A stretch of 64,000 nt of DNA, from NCBI RefSeq assembly GCF_009914755.1, contig NC_060936.1, one strand, 5' to 3'. The DNA is from the human T2T-CHM13v2.0 reference genome, Homo sapiens. Shown piece after piece: positions 13,313 to 27,620 of this stretch. The notes beneath the pieces are model-generated. The model saw only the letters and a program-made list of their open reading frames with translations. It had not been told where the DNA came from and did not search any database. A program made the position numbers and the translations under genes. Within the stretch, counting starts at the first letter, position 1. Each line of letters begins with the position of its first letter.

Positions 13313-15949
13313 GATTATCTGAAAGAATATCTGAATCCAGGACTGAGGCCGTAGGTAATCTGAGAAAGTATCTTGGAGGAAGGAAAATGGGAGGAAAAGA
13401 ACATTGTGTGAAGGACTTAAGAAAGGTGACTCGAGGAAAGTGGGGAGGCAAGGGTATTCAGATAAGATTGGCCCCATTGGTCCTGGGTTGATATGACAGG
13501 GGTGAGGAAGGGTCCTGGAGGGAGATATCCTGGGGTTAGCAGCAGATGCTGCAGGGTCTTGGAAACCATAGCAGGCACTAAGAAGACACATGGGCTTCCC
13601 TCCACCTCATGGACAAGGACCTTCATTTTTATTCATTCTTTCCTACACTTGACAAATTCTTACTGAGATCTTATTAGGCACCAGGCACTGTGCTGGGTGC
13701 TGAATATTCAGGAATGAGCACAATGGGTCTGGTTCCTACCCTCCTAGAGATTACAGTCCAGTGGGAGAGACTGACAGTAAACATATTAATATGTTACAGT
13801 TGGGCCAAGTCTACAAAGGATAGGGTATGATAACAGGTATGATGGGTGGGTTCCCTAGGGAGAAGATTCCCTAGGGAGTGACAGTCACCCAGAGTGCTGA
13901 TGGGTGGAGGTCTTCCTTGCCAGCCCCCTGCCAAGCTTTCATCCTGGACATTCCTGCATTCCTCTGCACTGTCCCTTTAAGAGGAGCATCTCTTCCCTGA
14001 GCAAAGGCGGTTCGGGCACACAGCCTGAGCCTGCCAAGGTTGTGGGCTATAAATCAACGCTGGCACTCCCTTGGCAGTGGGCTCTCCTCTGAGCTGCCCA
14101 GATGGCGGGCAAGCCTGGGGCTCCAGGGGCAGCCAGGCACTCAGGAGGGGGGAGGCGGGCATGGTGGGGACACAGCTGGGCCCCAGGCTCCTGATGGCAG
14201 CTGCCCACCTCTGTCTAAGGGCCCTAGGCCAGGGAGAATGCCAAAGTCCTTCTATTCTAGTCCCAGGGACCTTCCGACTCCCAAGTCAGTCTGGCATGGG
14301 GCTGTTGATATTATTGTTCCCACCCCAGCCAGGGACCAGGGCCTTATAGGCATCCTCTGAGACCAAGGGTCTTGGATGACCTCTTGGGATCACAGTCTGT
14401 TCTAACATTCAACCTGAAAGTTCTGCCTGTGGTTTGACCTTCTTTCCTCTTGCTGTAGCCGAGGTGTCTTCTTTTACCCTGCATGAAAGATGAAAGACAG
14501 TAGCTCCCCATTTAGTGGGGGCTTTGGGACTGTGTGATATCTCCCTCCGCCTTCACTTTAAGCCTCCCAGAAAAGCAGAATAAAAAGATTCTTCAAGGTC
14601 AGTTGGAGAGATGGAACTCTGCCCTCTTGGGGGTTGCCATCCCTCTGCCACCCTCACAGGTGCTGTGACAGAGGGAACATATGTTGCTCCTACCCCAGAG
14701 GACAGAGACAACATCTTAGCAGCCACAGCCCCACAGAGCTGGGCTCAGCAGGCCTTGACAGAACTGGAAAGGCAGGCTCTCTCCTGGGCCTGGGCCTGGC
14801 CTGAGCCTGGGTTGTGGGTGGAGGGGTGGAAGCAAAGCCTGTAGACCCCTCCCAGAAAGGAATCAACAGGCTTGACTGCTCTCCCCACGCTCACTCCCAA
14901 ACAGTAGAACAGTGGAAAATTCATGGGTTCCAGAACAATAGAGATTTCCTGGGATGTCCTTGTCCTCAGATTCTCTGTGAGAAGTCAGAGTTTACAAGTC
15001 CTTAGAGATTCTTTCTCACACACTCATCATACAGATTAGGAAACTGAGATGCAGAGAAGTTCACCCAGGTCTTTTTCAGGTTGTTTTTACTACACCACAT
15101 TTGCCACCTGAACAGAAACTCCCAGAGCTACCACTAAGCAGGATGTATTAGACTCTAAAGGTAGTAGTATAGATGGAGGTTAGATAACAAGTAGAACTTT
15201 CTCAGAATAGTAGGTCACAGAAGAAGATGAGAAGCAAAGTAAAGAAAGTGCATTCTCTAAAACAGTGGGGTGGGGGCGGGAGGGATGGAGCCAAAGAATC
15301 AGGTTAGAATTTTGCAAAAAGATAGAAATATAGAGAACACAGGAGAGGGAGCTGGCATAGAGCCCAGAGCAAGGGCAACTGGGGTGTAGAGCTTCTAGGG
15401 TTCTTCATTCAGGACCCCTAGATTTCATCTGTCCCAGGCTTCTGGGTATCACCAGTAGTTTAAAGTCAGGCCTTATCTGGGCTGATTCTCTTGGCTTTCT
15501 CCTTGTTCTCCCGGGATGGCTTATCTGGCTGCCAGAGTCATTTGCCGTCTCTAATTTGTGTTTAAATTAAAGTTCCCACAAACAGAGGTTTAATGTGCTG
15601 TTACCAAGAACTCCCAGGCCCCCTGCAGCTCTGGGAAGTTGAAGGGGCTGGGGAGAAGAGGTCAGTCTGTGCGCATCCCATCGAAGCTGATCCCACTGGC
15701 ATTGGACCTGGAGTGGATAGCCCAACTAAGTGTCTCCGTCCTTGCTGCTCCATCCAGAATGGTGATGACAGGGGGCAGGGCAGGGAAAAGCATGCTCACA
15801 AAGGGCCTGGGACCAACATGCCTGTTCAGGGGCTCCTGGGTGGCTGTTCACCCTTTTTCAGGATGGTGAGGAGAAGGCAGGGGAGGTGGGCAATGAGAAC
15901 AGGGCAGGGGGTGGAAAATAAGGTGAGAGCAGGAGGCTCCATTCTTTAA

Positions 15950-16170
15950 CACTTGTGTATGGTGCTCACTGTGTGCCAGCACTGTTCCTGGGCACCTCAT
16001 AACTAAAAATTCAACCTTCTACACAACCTGTAAGGCAGGTGTTATTATCATTAGCCCCATTTTTATAGATGGGGAAACAGAGGTATGCCCAGTATCACAC
16101 AGCTAGTAAGAGGCAGATCCAAGGAGTCAAGCCAGTGCCGTCTAGCTCCAGATTCCCAGTGCTATGCTGA
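15950..16170 (-). mobile_element. MIR SINE
   Basis: 'ccccatttttatagatggggaaacagagg...cacacagctagtaag'. Confidence 0.75.
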
Positions 16171-18114
16171 CACTTAAGCCAAGATTTATCTGTCACCCTC
16201 CCAATCCCTTGATCACAAGGTGAGGCTTCTCTTTGCCAGAGCAACTGAGACAGAGTGAAGCTCCCATCCTGCTCCCCCGATCTTTACCTCTCTGGGCCGC
16301 AGTCTTCTCATCTGTAAAATGAGGATAAGATACTAAGAGGGGTTGAGGGTCTGAGAAGGTTTAATGAGACAGCTTGTCAGTGACCAGCACCGGGTAGGTC
16401 CCCAGCAGTGGCTGCTTCCTTCTCTGTGGTCTAACCATGAGCCTTCCTGCTGTGCCTTCCTGCACTGCCTCTTAATTCTGCTTTCAAAGGAGCTAGCGGC
16501 AGTGATCCTCGCCCCTTAAAGAAAACCCTCAGGAGAGCGTTGTCCCTCATTCATTTGTCCAAATTCTCTCTCTTCCTCTGGGAAACCCTGAAAAAGAGGG
16601 ATAATAAAGCTGAACTGGAGCCCCAACCTGCTCTGTCCCCACCTCCTCTGCACCCAGGTGAGCCAGTCAGGGCGGCAACAGAAAATAAATGACACATTCG
16701 AAAGGGTTTCACTGAAGGGTTTAGTGATGTGACAGTTTCTAAAGGCATAGACCAGATGAAGAAAACTAATAAGGGCTAGTGTGGCACTAGGATAGAAATA
16801 TCTCTACCAAAGCCCAATGCCAACTGGGGTCACGGGACACAGGAGAGAGGCCACTCAGCAAAGCTGTGACCATGGGGGAACCACAACCACCACCAGAGCT
16901 TCAGGCAGGCAAAAAGGGGGAGTGACAGGGAATGGGGGAAACAAATACCCTGACTCCTCTCTCCCCCTTCTCAGTTGGGACCTCTATTGGCTGAGAGATC
17001 AGGGGGCCCAGGTGACACAGTCTGCAGAGGTCAGCCTCCCTGGGCAGAGCAGCACAGAGAACACAGTGGGGCAAACAGAAAACCATCCCCGTCCCATCCC
17101 ACCCACGAGTCCCTGCTCTGATACCAAAGCCTTCTCTCTGCTGCTTTATTGCCACCTCTGTCACTGCCTGCAGCCAAACAGTGACTGACAGGGAAGGAGA
17201 GTCAAGACTCCTTCAACACAAATACTCCAGCTCACAAGGAAGGTGGGATCCAGGCAGAGGGCAGCTTGAGGGAAGAGGGCTGTGTCTGAAGGGCAGCAGG
17301 GCAGGGACTGCCCACTCCCAGCATGGAGAGACAAAGAGAAGGACCGCACTGGGGGTGAGGATGTCAAACGGCGATAGTAAATGACTCTCTTTCCTCAGCA
17401 TGTGATACAAATCACTGTGGATCTTCCTTCCTCCTCCCCTCTCTAGACCGGGAGCCCCTGTGGGGAAGGGATTTTGTCTTGTTCATCCTTGACATCTAGC
17501 ACAGTGCCTCTTAGGGGCATAATCAGAATTTATTGAATAAATAAGCAAATAGATATGTAAACGAATGAACAAACCCATTTGCAGCTCATATGCACAGCCC
17601 TGGGCCCTGGTCAGGGAGCACTGTTGAATGAATGACATGCAGCATTCCTACAGAAGTTTTCTTTCAATCAGTTCCATCATCTACCACCTCAGGTTTCCTT
17701 TCAGCCACTCAGTCACGGGCCACACAGCCCACGTTTGTCTCCACGCTGGCCAGAGCTGTGCTTTGATAGCACCCACTCAGATGTGCAGTGACCTCATCTG
17801 GCTCCTCCCGATGGAGGAATAAGGGGAGTAGCAAGTGACTTCCTTTCTCACAGCAGCCTTTCTCTGAGCTCTTTCTTGAGAGAAATCTTGATCCATGGCA
17901 AACCGTCTGTGGTATTCTTGGCTGCAGCCCTTGGCAGGAGATGGGAGGAGGGAATGACAGTGCCAAGGAGGCAGCTGAAGGATCGTCACCCTGGGAGCCA
18001 CAGCTCTGGCTTGCTTTTTCCAATGGGCCATAAAGACTGAGGGAGGCAGGCGGAAGCAGGGGCACCAGACTAACAAACTAGAGTTTCAAGTGTTGTCCCC
18101 ATGCGAAGCCGACC

Positions 18115-18300
18115 TGGCGAAGTGGTTAGACACAGACACTGGGGCTGGGCTCAAGATCCCTGTTCTACCACCTGCTGGCTGTACAACCTTGGGCAAGATA
18201 CTTGATTACCATGCCTCAGTTTCCACATCTTAAAAAATGTGAATAACAGTAATGCCTACTTCACATCGTGGTGAAAAAGTAGATGAGTTAATAGTTATGA
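18115..18300 (+). mobile_element. MIR SINE
   Basis: 'agtggttaga...accttgggcaag...gcctcagtttcc'. Confidence 0.75.
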
Positions 18301-18305
18301 GATAC

Positions 18306-18713
18306 AGCCAGGCCTGGTGGCATGGGCCCATAGTCCTAGCTACTCAGAAGGCTGAGGTGGAAGGCTTGCTTGAACCCAGGAGTTCAAGACCAGTCTGGGT
18401 AACATAGCAAGGCCGCTCCCCCCGCTTTTTTTTGAGATGGAGTTTCACTCTTGTTGCCCAGGCTGGAGTGCAATGGCATGATCTCAGCTCACCGCAACCT
18501 CCACCTCCTGGGTTCAAGTGATTCTCTTGCCTCAGTCTCCGGATTCCAGGGATGAACCACCACACCCAGCTAATTTTTGTGTTTTGTATTTTTAGTAGAG
18601 ACGGGGTTTCACCATGCTGGTCAGGCTGGTCTCGAACTCCTGACCTCAGGTTATCTGTCCACCTCGGCCTCCCAAAGTGCTGGGATTCCAGGTGTGAGCC
18701 ACTGCGCCTGGCT
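18306..18713. mobile_element. Old Alu monomer (+, 18306-18420) interrupted by an antisense AluS (18425-18713)
   Basis: The sense monomer '...aacatagcaagg' resumes as 'gcaagacccccatctctct' after the antisense Alu. Confidence 0.85.
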
Positions 18714-19362
18714 GCAAGACCCCCATCTCTCTAAAATGAAAGTTTTGAACTATTTAGGAGAGTACATGATCCATGGTAAGCTCTATATAAATTTTGTTAC
18801 ATAAAATTAAGGTTGTAGTCCCATAAACTTTTTTCTGTAATAAGCTGCTCAGCCTTAGATACCTCTCATATTTGCTGTGAGAAGTGAACAAATGCATGTG
18901 AAAACTATAATGTGTTTATAATTTTTATTATTTGTCATCAAGATCATGTAAGAGACCTGATTTAGCAGAGGGTGAAGGGATGCGAAAGGGGCTGTCAGTC
19001 ATCAACTTTTGATTATCTGCCTTGTTAAGGTCCCCTTCTTGTCAACATCATCAGCTCTTTGGCTTGTTCAAGTCTTTTGTTGACAATATCCAGGCCTCTC
19101 ATGGTCCCTCCCACACACAACGGGCCACACAGCAAGGGCTGGAAGGAAAAAGCCTTTGAAAGCAAAACAGGTCCTTCCCTTCCTTAGCCTTGAAGCGGGA
19201 GTAACCACTAGACAGAAGGCTGTGAGGGAGGACTCTGGCACTTCCACTGTGGCTGCTTTGCCTTTGGGCAGGAGGGGAAACTGATCAGCTCCCTCTGTGG
19301 TAGGGCCGCAGGAAGAGATGTTGGTATTTGTAATGAAGTGCTAGGAATAAAAACACATACAT

Positions 19363-19705
19363 GGCCGGGCGCAGTGGCTCACGCCTGTGGTCCCAGCACT
19401 TTGGGAGGTCAGGGCAGGCGGATCACAAGGTCAAGAGTTTGGGACCAGCCTGGCCAACATGGCGAAACCCCGTCTCTACTAAAAATACAAAAATTAGCCA
19501 GGCATGGTGGCGGGCACCTGTAATCCCAGCTACTCAGGAGGCTGAGGCAGGAAAATCACTTGAAGCCTGGAGGTGGAAGTTGAATTGAGCTGAAATCATG
19601 CCATTGCACTCCAGCCTGGGCAACAAGAGCAAAACTCGGTCCCAAAAACAAACAAACAACAACAAAAAAAAACCCAGAAAACAAAAAACAACAACCAAAA
19701 AAACC
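19363..19705 (+). mobile_element. Alu (AluS-like) with CA-rich tail
   Basis: 'ggccgggcgcagtggctcacgcctg'; TSD-like 'aaaacacatacat / aaacccatacac'. Confidence 0.95.
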
Positions 19706-20729
19706 CATACACACATACTTATCCCAGTGTCCAGAGCAAATGTTCTGCCACTTACTGCTATGGGTGTGATTTCAGACAGCTATTTAAACCTGAGTTTCAG
19801 TTTTTCTCATCTTCAAAATGGAAATATTGATGCCTAATTCAAAGGGTGAAAATTAGTGAACTATAGAAACCCCTTGGTGTATGTCTGGTCCAACAAATGG
19901 TAGCTCTTATTAGCTAACATTTTGTAATATCTGCCCACTCTCTCCTCCAAGGGATGGAGAAGTAATGCTGAGTTCCAGACTAGGAAAGGTAGTGGTAGCA
20001 GAAAGTGATTTACAACTCTGACTTTTTTCACATTTTCTTTCCAGAGCACATAGTAAGTTCTTGTTGGTTCATTCATTCATTGAACAGTGTTTACAAGTTT
20101 GAACAAGCTTGAACAACTTGCCATCATTTTGTTCACTTGTATTCATCTTACTCTCACCACTAGAACTGCAAGGTCCATGAGGGCAGAGGCAGTGTCTGTT
20201 GCTGGGTGAGTGACTGGATTGAGCTCAAAGCATGTCTGAAGACTGAAATGGGCCAGGCAAGGAGATGGAAACTGGAGGCCTGGATTCTGGCTCGGTCATA
20301 CCTCCAAGAACGTAACTTTCCCTCGACCCTGGAGTCTTCACAGACCTTCCTTCTGCTGTGAGGCACTGGAGAATCACTTGAGACCAGACTCAGGAAACTC
20401 TTCCCTGATGGGAAGACATTCATTCATCCACTCCACATCTCTGAAGCCCCAAGAGAAGGATCTGAATCCCCTAGTCTGAAGAGTCAGCAAGTGTCCAACA
20501 TAGCAATCTTGATAAAAAGGGAGAATTGATAAAGGAGGGAGCAGCCCCACCTCAGTAACAAGAGGGAGGAAAATTCCAGCTAGTACATGTACTTAACATG
20601 AAAGCAGACATGTGCCAAGACCCTGCTTTCATGGATATTAGGTGTTCCCAAATATAAGAAACACCCATTCTTGCCCACAGGCCTCACTGGATACTATCCA
20701 AGATGTCTAGAGAATAAGAGGAAAGAGAG

Positions 20730-21200
20730 AATCATAATATCCAAAAGGTGGAAACAACCCAAATGTTCACCAATAGGTGAACGGATAAACAAAGTGTGAT
20801 ATATCCATACAATGGAATATTAGTCAGCCCTGAAAAGGAATGAAGTACTGATAAATGCTACAACATGGATGAACTTTGAAAACACTATGCTCAATGAAAG
20901 AAGCTAGTCACAGAAGGTCTCTTATTATATGATGCCATTCATATGAAAGTCCAGAATAGGGAAATCTACAGAGACTGAAAGTACATTAGTGTTGTTAAGG
21001 GCAAGAAGGAATATGGGGGGATAGGGAGGTGATAGCTAAAGGTTACAAGATTTCTTTTTGAGGTGATGAAAATGTTCTAAAATTAACTATGGTGATGGTT
21101 CGACATACTTGTGAATATACTAAAACCATTGAATTGTACATTTCAAATGGTGAATTGTATGACACATGAATTATACCTCAAGAAAGTTGCTTTTTAAAAA
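20730..21200 (+). mobile_element. Old L1 (L1MB-like) 3' end
   Basis: 'tggaaacaacccaaatg', 'atccatacaatggaatatt', 'gatgaaaatgttctaaaatt', 'tgaattatacctcaa'. Confidence 0.85.
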
Positions 21201-22435
21201 GACAGCGTAAGGGGTGGGGGGCAGTTGAGATGAAGCAGGAAAACTGTGATCAGAAGCAAAGCTCAGGGGCTGTCTGGCCTGGCTGCCCCAAGTCAAAGCC
21301 TGCATTTCATACAGGCAATGTTAGGGTAGCCCCCAAGCCATGATTCGGAAAGATAAATTGACCCCAGATGGAATAGGGCTGGGTCCCTTCTCCCTTGACA
21401 GCTCCCTTTCTGTGTTTTTTCTGGCACAAGAAACTCTGTCATCTTGTATAAATAGGAGAAATTTATGGCAGTTTTCCCTCTTCTTCTCCCTGGTGGGCTA
21501 CTAGGAAAGGTCTAGGGGGAGGAGGGAGCCTGAAATTCCAAAAATATAAATGTGGAAAGACTGGAGGGGGTCGAGGAGTCTCTTTGCCTGCCTTAGCTCT
21601 GGCCCCAGCTCTCCTTTCCCTTTGCATGTTTGACCATCTGGGTGATGAGGAGGGTAGAGAACTGGTGCAGCCCGTCCTCTCTGCAAGCCCAAAAGAGATG
21701 GGTCCCAAAGCAGATATCCGACAGGAGGGGCACAAGGGAAATCAAGGAAATAGGCTTGGCTGTCCCATGAAATAATTGGAGGAGACACAGACCACTGCCC
21801 TCCTTCCTGGATTTGGCTATTTTTGTACTTCCCTGTTTGTTGAGGCAGCCTGATACAGCGGGAAGAGAACTCGTCCTCGATTTAGAAAGATTGACAGAGA
21901 AACTAAGTGTGTGACCTTAAGCAAGTCATATCTTGTCTCCGGGCCTCACCTGTAAAAAGAGGGAGGGGACTGAATTTATCAGGGGTTTTCAAATGATTTT
22001 AACTCTGGGGTCCTTCCTTCAAATAAAACCGTATGCAGTGACCCAACATGAACATGAGTAGTAGGCTGCTGAGCTTCTTGAAGGTAGGAATGGGAGTCTC
22101 AGGGCCCTGTGGTGACTGGCGAGAGGCTTGTCCAAGCACAAGATGATCTCCATGGCTTTTCCAGCCCCGTCCTCAGGAGGGATTTGCCCCCATGGTGAAG
22201 AGGCTCAGTTCTGCACACCCAGTGGGCTTGAAATCCAGCTCCACCCCCTCCTGTGTGTCCCTCAGCACATAACTTACCTTCCTTGAACCTGTTTCCTCGT
22301 GTGTAAATTGGAATAATAGTAACACATATCTCAGAGGATTGTCACATAGATTACACTAAATAATGTGCATAGAGTCCTTCGCATACTTATCTGGCCCAAT
22401 AAATATTATTATAGTTATTCCGTGATCTGATGTAA

Positions 22436-22733
<298 letters not shown>

Positions 22734-22769
22734 CGATACAATCTTTTTAATTTGAAATATCTGGTGTGA

Positions 22770-23200
22770 GAAGGTGAATTAGAAAGGATGACAGCAAAAC
22801 TGCTATAACACAAAGGCCCCAAAACACAGTAGCATATAGAAAACAGAAGTTTATTTCTCACTTAGTCTGGGAGGAAGCGGTTCCAGACAGCAGGCAGCTC
22901 TGTTCCTCCTAGTCAGTCAGGGACGTGTGTTCCTTTCATACCTTTGCTTTGTCTTCCCTTAGGGATGTCTTTTCAGTTGCCTGGTCAAACCTGTCTCAGG
23001 CACATCTGCCCAGCTCATGAAAGAGAGAACACAAAGGAGAATTTACCCAATGTCATCAGGCTTTGAGGACATGCTTGCCTCACATTCCCCTGTGTCTACA
23101 CCTGGCAACAAGAGCAGCTGGGAAATGGAGTGTCCAGCTGGGTGTCTCTCTACCCTCGTGCAGCAAGGAAAGAAGAGATTTTAGTGGACAACGGGCAGTC
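22770..23200. mobile_element. MaLR LTR (MLT1-like) fossil
   Basis: 'ccccaaaacacagtagc...acagaagtttatttctcac' is typical of MLT1 LTRs. Confidence 0.5.
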
Positions 23201-24629
23201 TTAATCCAGGGCTCAAACCCACACCCGAGCTGTCCTCTTCCTCTTCTCTTCCCAAAGGAAGGGAAATAAAGTCTACAGCCCAGAAAACAATGTGACCACC
23301 CATCCCCTACCCCAATCAGGTCCCTGCCATTCATCCCAAGATCAGCAGTCTTGGGAAAGTGGCTTGGAAGCCTCCCTCCAGAAAGACCACCCTTTTGTCC
23401 ATCTTCTTCACATGGGTGGATGTGAGAAAAGTTTCTCTCCCCACTGCCTGCCTGCCACTCCCTGTCTCAGTTTCAGCTCACGCTCTAGCCCTTTGTTCCC
23501 AGTCACCAAGAGTGACTACAAATGCGGGGGAACAGGAGGACCTGAAACTTCATGGAAATTGAGACTGGGACACAGAAGCCATGCTCAGAGGCAGCCTAGG
23601 TGAGGGTTCTGATGCCAGGAAATCCAGCTACTACTGTGTAGCCTAAAGCGGGGATTAAGCTCTCAGAACTTCAATGAACTCTTTTGGAAATAGGGGTAAG
23701 AAGCCCACTTGTCAGGGCTGTTGTGAACATCAAATGTGATCATGTATGTACCTAGTACATAGTATGCCTTCAATAAATGGTAAGGCAAACCCAAGGCAAA
23801 TCGAATTCATGTCCATTACTCTGACCCAGCCTTTGCATAAATTCTTTTTTCTTCTCCTTCCTTGTCAATGCATGGCTCCCTCCCTCTTCTTTACTTCCTA
23901 TCCTCATTCCCCTACCATCTGAACCCTGATGTGGAATCTCTTTTCTCATGAAATCTTCCATGATTGAAAAATTCCTGCTTGGCCACTTCCCACTCCAATA
24001 CTCTATCTTCGCCCATCTTCCATCTACCCCATGGTCCTGGCCCAAGTTCACATGTGTCCCATCCCTCCCTTCAAAAAGCATGCAGCAATGGAAGGGCTTT
24101 AAGTTTGTCATCAAGCAGATCAGAGTTCAGATGCCAACTCTGCCAAGTTCTAGCTTTAGAACTTTGTCAGATCACTTCCTCTCCTTGAATCTCTGTCTTC
24201 CCAACCCTCTGGTGAGGTCAAGTGTGTGTGGGCTGGTACATAAAGGATATTTAATCTCCTCTGCTCTACTCAACCTCCCCCAACTCACACTCCCAGGACT
24301 AACTCTCTACCAAAGGGAGTTATTAGACCAAGAAAGTAATTCTCCCATTACCAGCCCCACCCCAACCCTGCCCAGAGAAAAAGAAGTGACTTCGAGTCTA
24401 TGGGTCTTGGAGGGACCACCAACCCAAGAGCTAGAGCAGAAGAAGGACTTGGATATCCTAGCTTCCAGGGTTATAGGATCTCTCCCCAAGCCCTCATATG
24501 GAGCCCCAGTTGCAGGACTAGCTTCAGGGATAGGAGTGAAAGAGTTGATCTGATTCCAATCTTAGCCTGTAAGTAGTAGCTCACCTGTGCCTCTATTTTC
24601 AGCCTTCCTAGATCAGAAGAGCAACAATA

Positions 24630-25110
24630 TCAATGACAACTAATGCTTACATAGTGTTTCCTATGGGATGGGCATTGTTCCAGGCTCTTCGTACATATAA
24701 CTCATTTAATCCTGACAGCAACCTTTGAGCTAGGTACTATTAACCCCATTTTACAGACAAGGAAACTAAAGCACAAGGGGTTAAGTAACTTGCCTAGGTC
24801 ATACAACTCACATAAGGCATGACTGAGATTCAAAACCAGGCCGTCTAGCTCCAGAATCCATCCTGTTAACCACTCTGCCATAAAAAGAGCTAACATTTAC
24901 TGGCAGTTTCTATGTGCCAAACACTGTGGAAAACACATGGCATGTATTTCTTCTAATTCCAAATAACCCCCTGAGATAAGTTCTATTATTAGTATCCCTG
25001 TTTTACAGGTCAAGAAACTAAGGCAGAGAGAAAAGTTAAGCAACTTGCCCTGAGTCACACAGCTAGATATTAATAGTTTCAGAACCCCTAGCTGTTTTGC
25101 CTCAAATCCC
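24630..25110 (-). mobile_element. Two tandem MIR SINEs
   Basis: 'ccccattttacagacaaggaaactaaagcac...aagtaacttgcctaggtca' and a second copy at about 24990-25070. Confidence 0.85.
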
Positions 25111-27479
25111 ACCTCCCCACCCCTGCTCGAAGCCCCTCCTCTTCTAGGTGGGTTGTTTAGTTCCTATCACCAGTTCTTCACAAATCTGCTTTACCCCCGA
25201 CAGCCTACAACCCTTGTTCTCCAAAACTCCTGTTGACCTCCGTCCCTTTCCCTTCCCACTTTCTCCCTAGTCCCTCCGCTCCCCACAAAGTCCCCCAAAC
25301 CATTCTGTCCCTCTCCCTCTGCTCCCCACCCACCCTCCCCCACAACTCCTGCTGAAACAGATGAATTTCACCAAAAAAGACCATCAGACTTTCCCCAAGC
25401 AGGCCCCCACTGTGCCTGATCGCACACCCCCAGGGGAGGCACCACAGTGGCTAAGCTGGAGACCCAGAAATAAAATCCTCATTCTACTTCCCTGCCCCCT
25501 CTTCCCATCACTCATCTGGGAATCCAGGGCGAAGAAGGGAGCTAAAGTGCAGAGCATTCATTTAATATTAACAAATCGAAATGAATTCTTTTAATGCCAA
25601 TTAACTTCGAGCGGCCCCTTATTAATAGTAATTTAGATTCATACTTGGGAGAAACAGGGACGGGGGCTGGGCCAAATGTGCCCAGAATGTCAATGTGACT
25701 GGGGAACTGAAAGGGGAGGGGGGCAGTTTTACTTCTGCCCAGTTGGGTTCCGTTTCCCTGAGAGAAATGGATAGTCACTGGAGGCGGACCTTTGGGAAAC
25801 ACGAATTACTCTTGTAATTTTATTTTTGTTACTTCAAGGAATCTGAATAGTTTGAAGCCATGTCACACCATTTTAATAGTTTATTTTCACAGTAATGCTA
25901 AAAAGAAGAATTTCCTCAGAGCTGGGATTTACTTCAAACTCTCTCCTAAGCCAAACCTTACTGACAAAAGGGACAAGTCCCCAGGCCAGCTCTCTACCCT
26001 TCTTTGTTCAGAGCTAGAGCCAGAGATCAATATGGGCTTCCCCAATCCCTGCCCCTTCTACCTTAACCAAAACTAAAAGGAAGAATCAACACTGTGTGTC
26101 TCTCTGAGAAGTCTCCCCCAGGAGGTAAAAGACCCAAGGGGCTGACCCCTAAGCTGTTCAGCTTACATTTAAGGAAGAAAAACAATCTGCCTGCACTTTT
26201 CTTAGAATTTAGGGAAAAAATGAGAATTTAAAATTCAATTTCATGTATCAGAGTTCTCCAGAATACAGCCAAGTGTAAAGAACTTAGTCCCAAATGAAAA
26301 AGTTGAACAGAAATTCTGCTCTCACTCGTTTTGCCGGCTTGGAGGTCAGACTGGAGGTGTCCTGAACTAGAACCAGAGCATAGGTTCTGACCCAAGAAGG
26401 ACACTGTCTACTTCCCAGGCATCCCTCCTTGGCTGGGAGGAGAGGGGAGGATGAGTCCGTTGGAAGCTGAGAATTGTGGAAGCTGGAGATGGGAGTTCTG
26501 AGATGGAGGAGGCAGGCGCGTGAAGGAGGTCAGGGAAAGGCAAGTAAATCTACTAACCATTGAAGTTTATAAAATAAAAACCTTAAAAATGGTTTAACAT
26601 GCAAAAGGTTAAATTTTAAAAAGAGGCCAGGTTTTAAAGAAGGTAAAATACCTCAAATTTAAACAAATAAAAACGAGGAAAATACACAAAACATTTCAAG
26701 CAAATTGTTCTTCAGAAGAGGAGAGGTTGGAATTAATCAAAAGACCTTTTTTACACACACACACCCCCCAAGAGTTTCCCAAACAATAAATTCATTTACA
26801 AAACAAAAAGAGGAATCAACGCAAAACCTCATCCACACACAGAGGAAAATAAATTGTGGTGATTCTGTAACAGCTGAAAAACTAGTGAGGGAGGAGAAAA
26901 ATGAATAAACTCTAAATCTATTAGGTGATATTTATAAATAGCAAAATTGGAGGATGGAATGGAGAAAGGAGTTGAACTTATCATTAAAGAAGTAACACAT
27001 GTGAAAACATAAGGTGTAACTCATCCCCAAAGAAAAGTAAACTCTCCATAAAGTAGCAAGTATACAAATTTATTGAAAAGGAAGAAAGTACCACTCACCC
27101 CCCCCAATATAAGTGTATTAATTTGAATTAAAATTTTCTCCAAATCCAAGATAGGTTACACAAAAGAATACAAACATATTTTTTTTCTTTCAACTAAGAG
27201 GAAAAACAAAATCCGATTTAAATTCACGAATGGGACAGGAAGGGAGGCTGTGGTTTGCAGGTGCTAGTAAACGGGGTGAGGGTTGTGAAGAGTTTGAGGG
27301 GTAGAGGACCAGCTTACCTCGCTTTGGAGCCGCGGCGGCCAACAGGAGTGGGCCAAGGACCCTGCCAGTGCCTGAGTGATAGGGGAAATAAGGAATAGGG
27401 GATTCGGGTGCCCCTAGACGAATGAGGAGGATGGAAAGACTGGGGGTGCCCATCTCCCCTCCTCTGCCCGCCTCCCTCC

Positions 27480-27620
27480 CTCCGGTACCCAGGCCTAGAG
27501 AGCTACTGAAAGTTACAAATTGCTTCCATTATTAGCTCATCCCGGGCGGCCTGGTCATTGGCCAGCCCCTGGCCACGTGGTCCCTCGTACCAATCGATCG
27601 AATTCTAGTCGCAATTCTCT
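27480..27620. promoter_or_regulatory. CpG-island promoter, probably bidirectional: inverted CCAAT (27557), E-box CACGTG (27574), CCAAT (27590)
   Basis: Motifs read directly; flanked by divergent consensus splice donors (- strand 27317/27318, + strand 28170/28171). Confidence 0.7.
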
